Assembly: GCA_031459535.1 (NCBI GenBank)
Contig: JAVKIJ010000062.1
Coordinates: 1-18,986, forward strand
Direction: 5' to 3'
Source of the DNA: Candidatus Fervidifonticultor quintus
GTDB lineage: Bacteria > Sysuimicrobiota > Sysuimicrobiia > Sysuimicrobiales > Humicultoraceae
DNA: 18,986 nt
This document shows positions 17,687 to 18,986 of this stretch, piece by piece (position 1 is the first letter of the stretch; every line of letters begins with the position of its first letter). The position numbers and the translations under genes were made by a program. A model generated the notes under the pieces. The model was not told the origin of the DNA. It saw only the letters and a program-made list of their open reading frames with translations, and did not search any database.

Positions 17687-18247
17687 TCAGGGCCCAACCC
17701 GCACCCGCCCGGTGAGCTCCACCACTACGCGCTGTTCCTGGCCCGCGAGAGTTCGGAGGACCACCGTCCCGGCGTTGGTGTTGCCGAGAGGGCTGAACTG
17801 CAGCGTGTGGTCCGCGAACGTGGTGCTGGCGAGATCGACCCCGGCCGGCATCCGGGCGGTCGCGGACTCGGCGGCGTGTTCCCTCAGCACAGGCTCAGCC
17901 GGCCACGCCGCCGGATCGGCGCAGATGGGCGAGTCGCCGGGGTCGCCTATCGCGCCCGCATAGCGGAAGATGCGGTAGGTGTCCTCCGCAGGGCTGAAGA
18001 CCACCCGGTAGCACGTGCGCTGGCTGCGGGCTTGCTGTTCTGCCGCCCTCAGGTCGCTGGCCAGGCGCCTAGCCGCGGTGGACAGCCTGTAGTGCGCAAG
18101 CACGCTGGTGCCGCCCACAGCGAGGGCCAGTACGACGGCGGCAATGACAACACTGACCAGCACCTCGGCCAGCACCGCGCCGGCCTGGTTGGAGCCAGTC
18201 CGCAATCCCGCAGCCACGCCGCCCGTACGACGCCGGCTGCGCGTCAC
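17687..18247 (-). CDS. FimT/FimU/GspH-like minor pilin
   Basis: Class III signal NQAG^AVLAE (Glu+5), LSTAARRLASDLRAAEQQARS, and C-terminal LQFSPLG...GTVVL...VVVELTGRVR. GTG 18247 overlaps the upstream stop. Confidence 0.85.
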   Translation of the reverse strand: MTRSRRRTGGVAAGLRTGSNQAGAVLAEVLVSVVIAAVVLALAVGGTSVLAHYRLSTAARRLASDLRAAEQQARSQRTCYRVVFSPAEDTYRIFRYAGAIGDPGDSPICADPAAWPAEPVLREHAAESATARMPAGVDLASTTFADHTLQFSPLGNTNAGTVVLRTLAGQEQRVVVELTGRVRVGP

Positions 18248-18864
18248 GAGCCCAGGACCTCCGTCCACTGGGGCCGGTCCAGCAGGGGGTCACGCGGGCT
18301 GAAGATGTCCGATCGGTCGGGGGTGCGAGGGGCAGCATAGCCCTCGGCATGCTGCGCAGGCTGGATGACGACCGGCCAGCCCCGGTAGGCTCCCGACGAG
18401 CGCGCGTAGCTGCCTGTCCAACCTGAAGGGCTGCCCCCCAGCCGCCAGTCCCACGCAGTGCACGGGGCGGTCTGGGGGCTGTGGAGGCAGACTGTCTTCC
18501 TGGCGTTGCCCACGCGGGCCGCAGCCAGCACGGCCGAGTCGAACCACATGGTGTACGACTCGGGCACCTCGGTCTCCGAGGCGCACGCTGCCGGCGCCCC
18601 GGATGGACGCACCGCGATCAACGCGTAGAACTCGCCGATGGTGGCCCCATCCACGCCGGTCACGCGCACCGGGGCTCCTTGGTGGCCGAACCGCAGATAC
18701 GCCGTGGTGGCAACCCTCATCCAGTCGGTGGCCGCCAGGTCGAGCGGCGGGCCGAGGGGCCAGGCGTAGGCTGTGATGACGTCCACGGTACTGAGCGCTA
18801 GGTCGGGCGGCGTCGCGCCATCTGCGCGGCAGATCCGCCGGATCTGCTCGCCGGCGGCCCCTAG
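18244..18864 (-). pseudogene. 3' fragment of a probable PilX-like minor pilin interrupted by an IS
   Basis: The frame stays open upstream of GTG 18786 (LGAAGEQIRRICRADG...) up to the CTAG junction with no start or RBS. It contains ARVGNARKTVCL and a C-terminal QWTEV reminiscent of PilX-like proteins, and is translationally coupled to the FimT-like gene. Confidence 0.6.
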
Positions 18865-18897
18865 CAGGATGCTGAAAAACGCTCCATATCTTGTGGC

Positions 18898-18926
18898 TTC
18901 ACAAAGTGCACGCCTCTGCGTATAGT
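18898..18926 (+). promoter_or_regulatory. Sigma70-type promoter for the transposase
   Basis: TTCACA-N17-TATAGT. Confidence 0.7.
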
Positions 18927-18974
18927 CTGGTCAAAGCGCAGCCGCCAACGATCTCTTCGAAGGAGCAGACGGCG

Positions 18975-18986
18975 ATGCGTGGAGAT
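18975..18986 (+). CDS. Transposase N-terminus (partial, MRGD...)
   Basis: RBS AAGGAG at about 18960-18965, then ATG CGT GGA GAT. An MRG start is typical of DUF772-type IS5 transposases. Only 4 codons are visible. Confidence 0.6.

Larger units (their letters stand above)
18865..18986 (+). mobile_element. Left end of an IS5/IS1182-like insertion sequence
   Basis: CTAG target followed by CAGGATGCTGAAAAA (a terminal IR pattern I recognise from this group), a sharp GC drop, an internal promoter, an RBS and an ORF starting MRGD. Confidence 0.75.

Noticed and set aside
807-18340. Many long plus-strand and alternate-frame ORFs (e.g. 807-1910, 4318-5544, 15082-15918, 17486-18340)
   Set aside because: Shadow ORFs of well-identified genes in high-GC DNA, Arg/Pro/Gly-rich and without motifs.

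Overview
GC-rich bacterial chromosomal window, almost entirely on the minus strand. The left half (1-9.4 kb) is a Firmicutes-like housekeeping cluster: M24 peptidase, efp, nusB, acylphosphatase, ispA, tlyA, nadK, recN, pyrG and a partial ilvE. The right half (9.5-18.9 kb) is a type IV pilus/competence locus: a truncated PilX-like gene, a FimT/GspH-like minor pilin, pilM-pilN-pilO, a degenerate GGDEF protein, a divergent exported protein, prepilin peptidase, a pilP-like gene, a secretin (pilQ) and a TPR protein. The window ends in the left end of an IS5/IS1182-like element inserted at CTAG inside the PilX-like gene. The main observations are: (1) the motif GCAGG-N17-CGAA, resembling a sigma-H promoter, precedes three separate pilus-locus transcription units; (2) a predicted catalytically dead GGDEF protein with an intact RxxD I-site and an RsbR-like N-terminus lies directly after pilO; (3) a ~100-nt rod-like hairpin RNA with its own promoter and U-tract lies upstream of nusB; (4) EF-P is of the Arg32 type. 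Firmicutes-like synteny together with a secretin suggests a diderm Terrabacteria lineage such as Armatimonadota/CSP1-3 (inference only).
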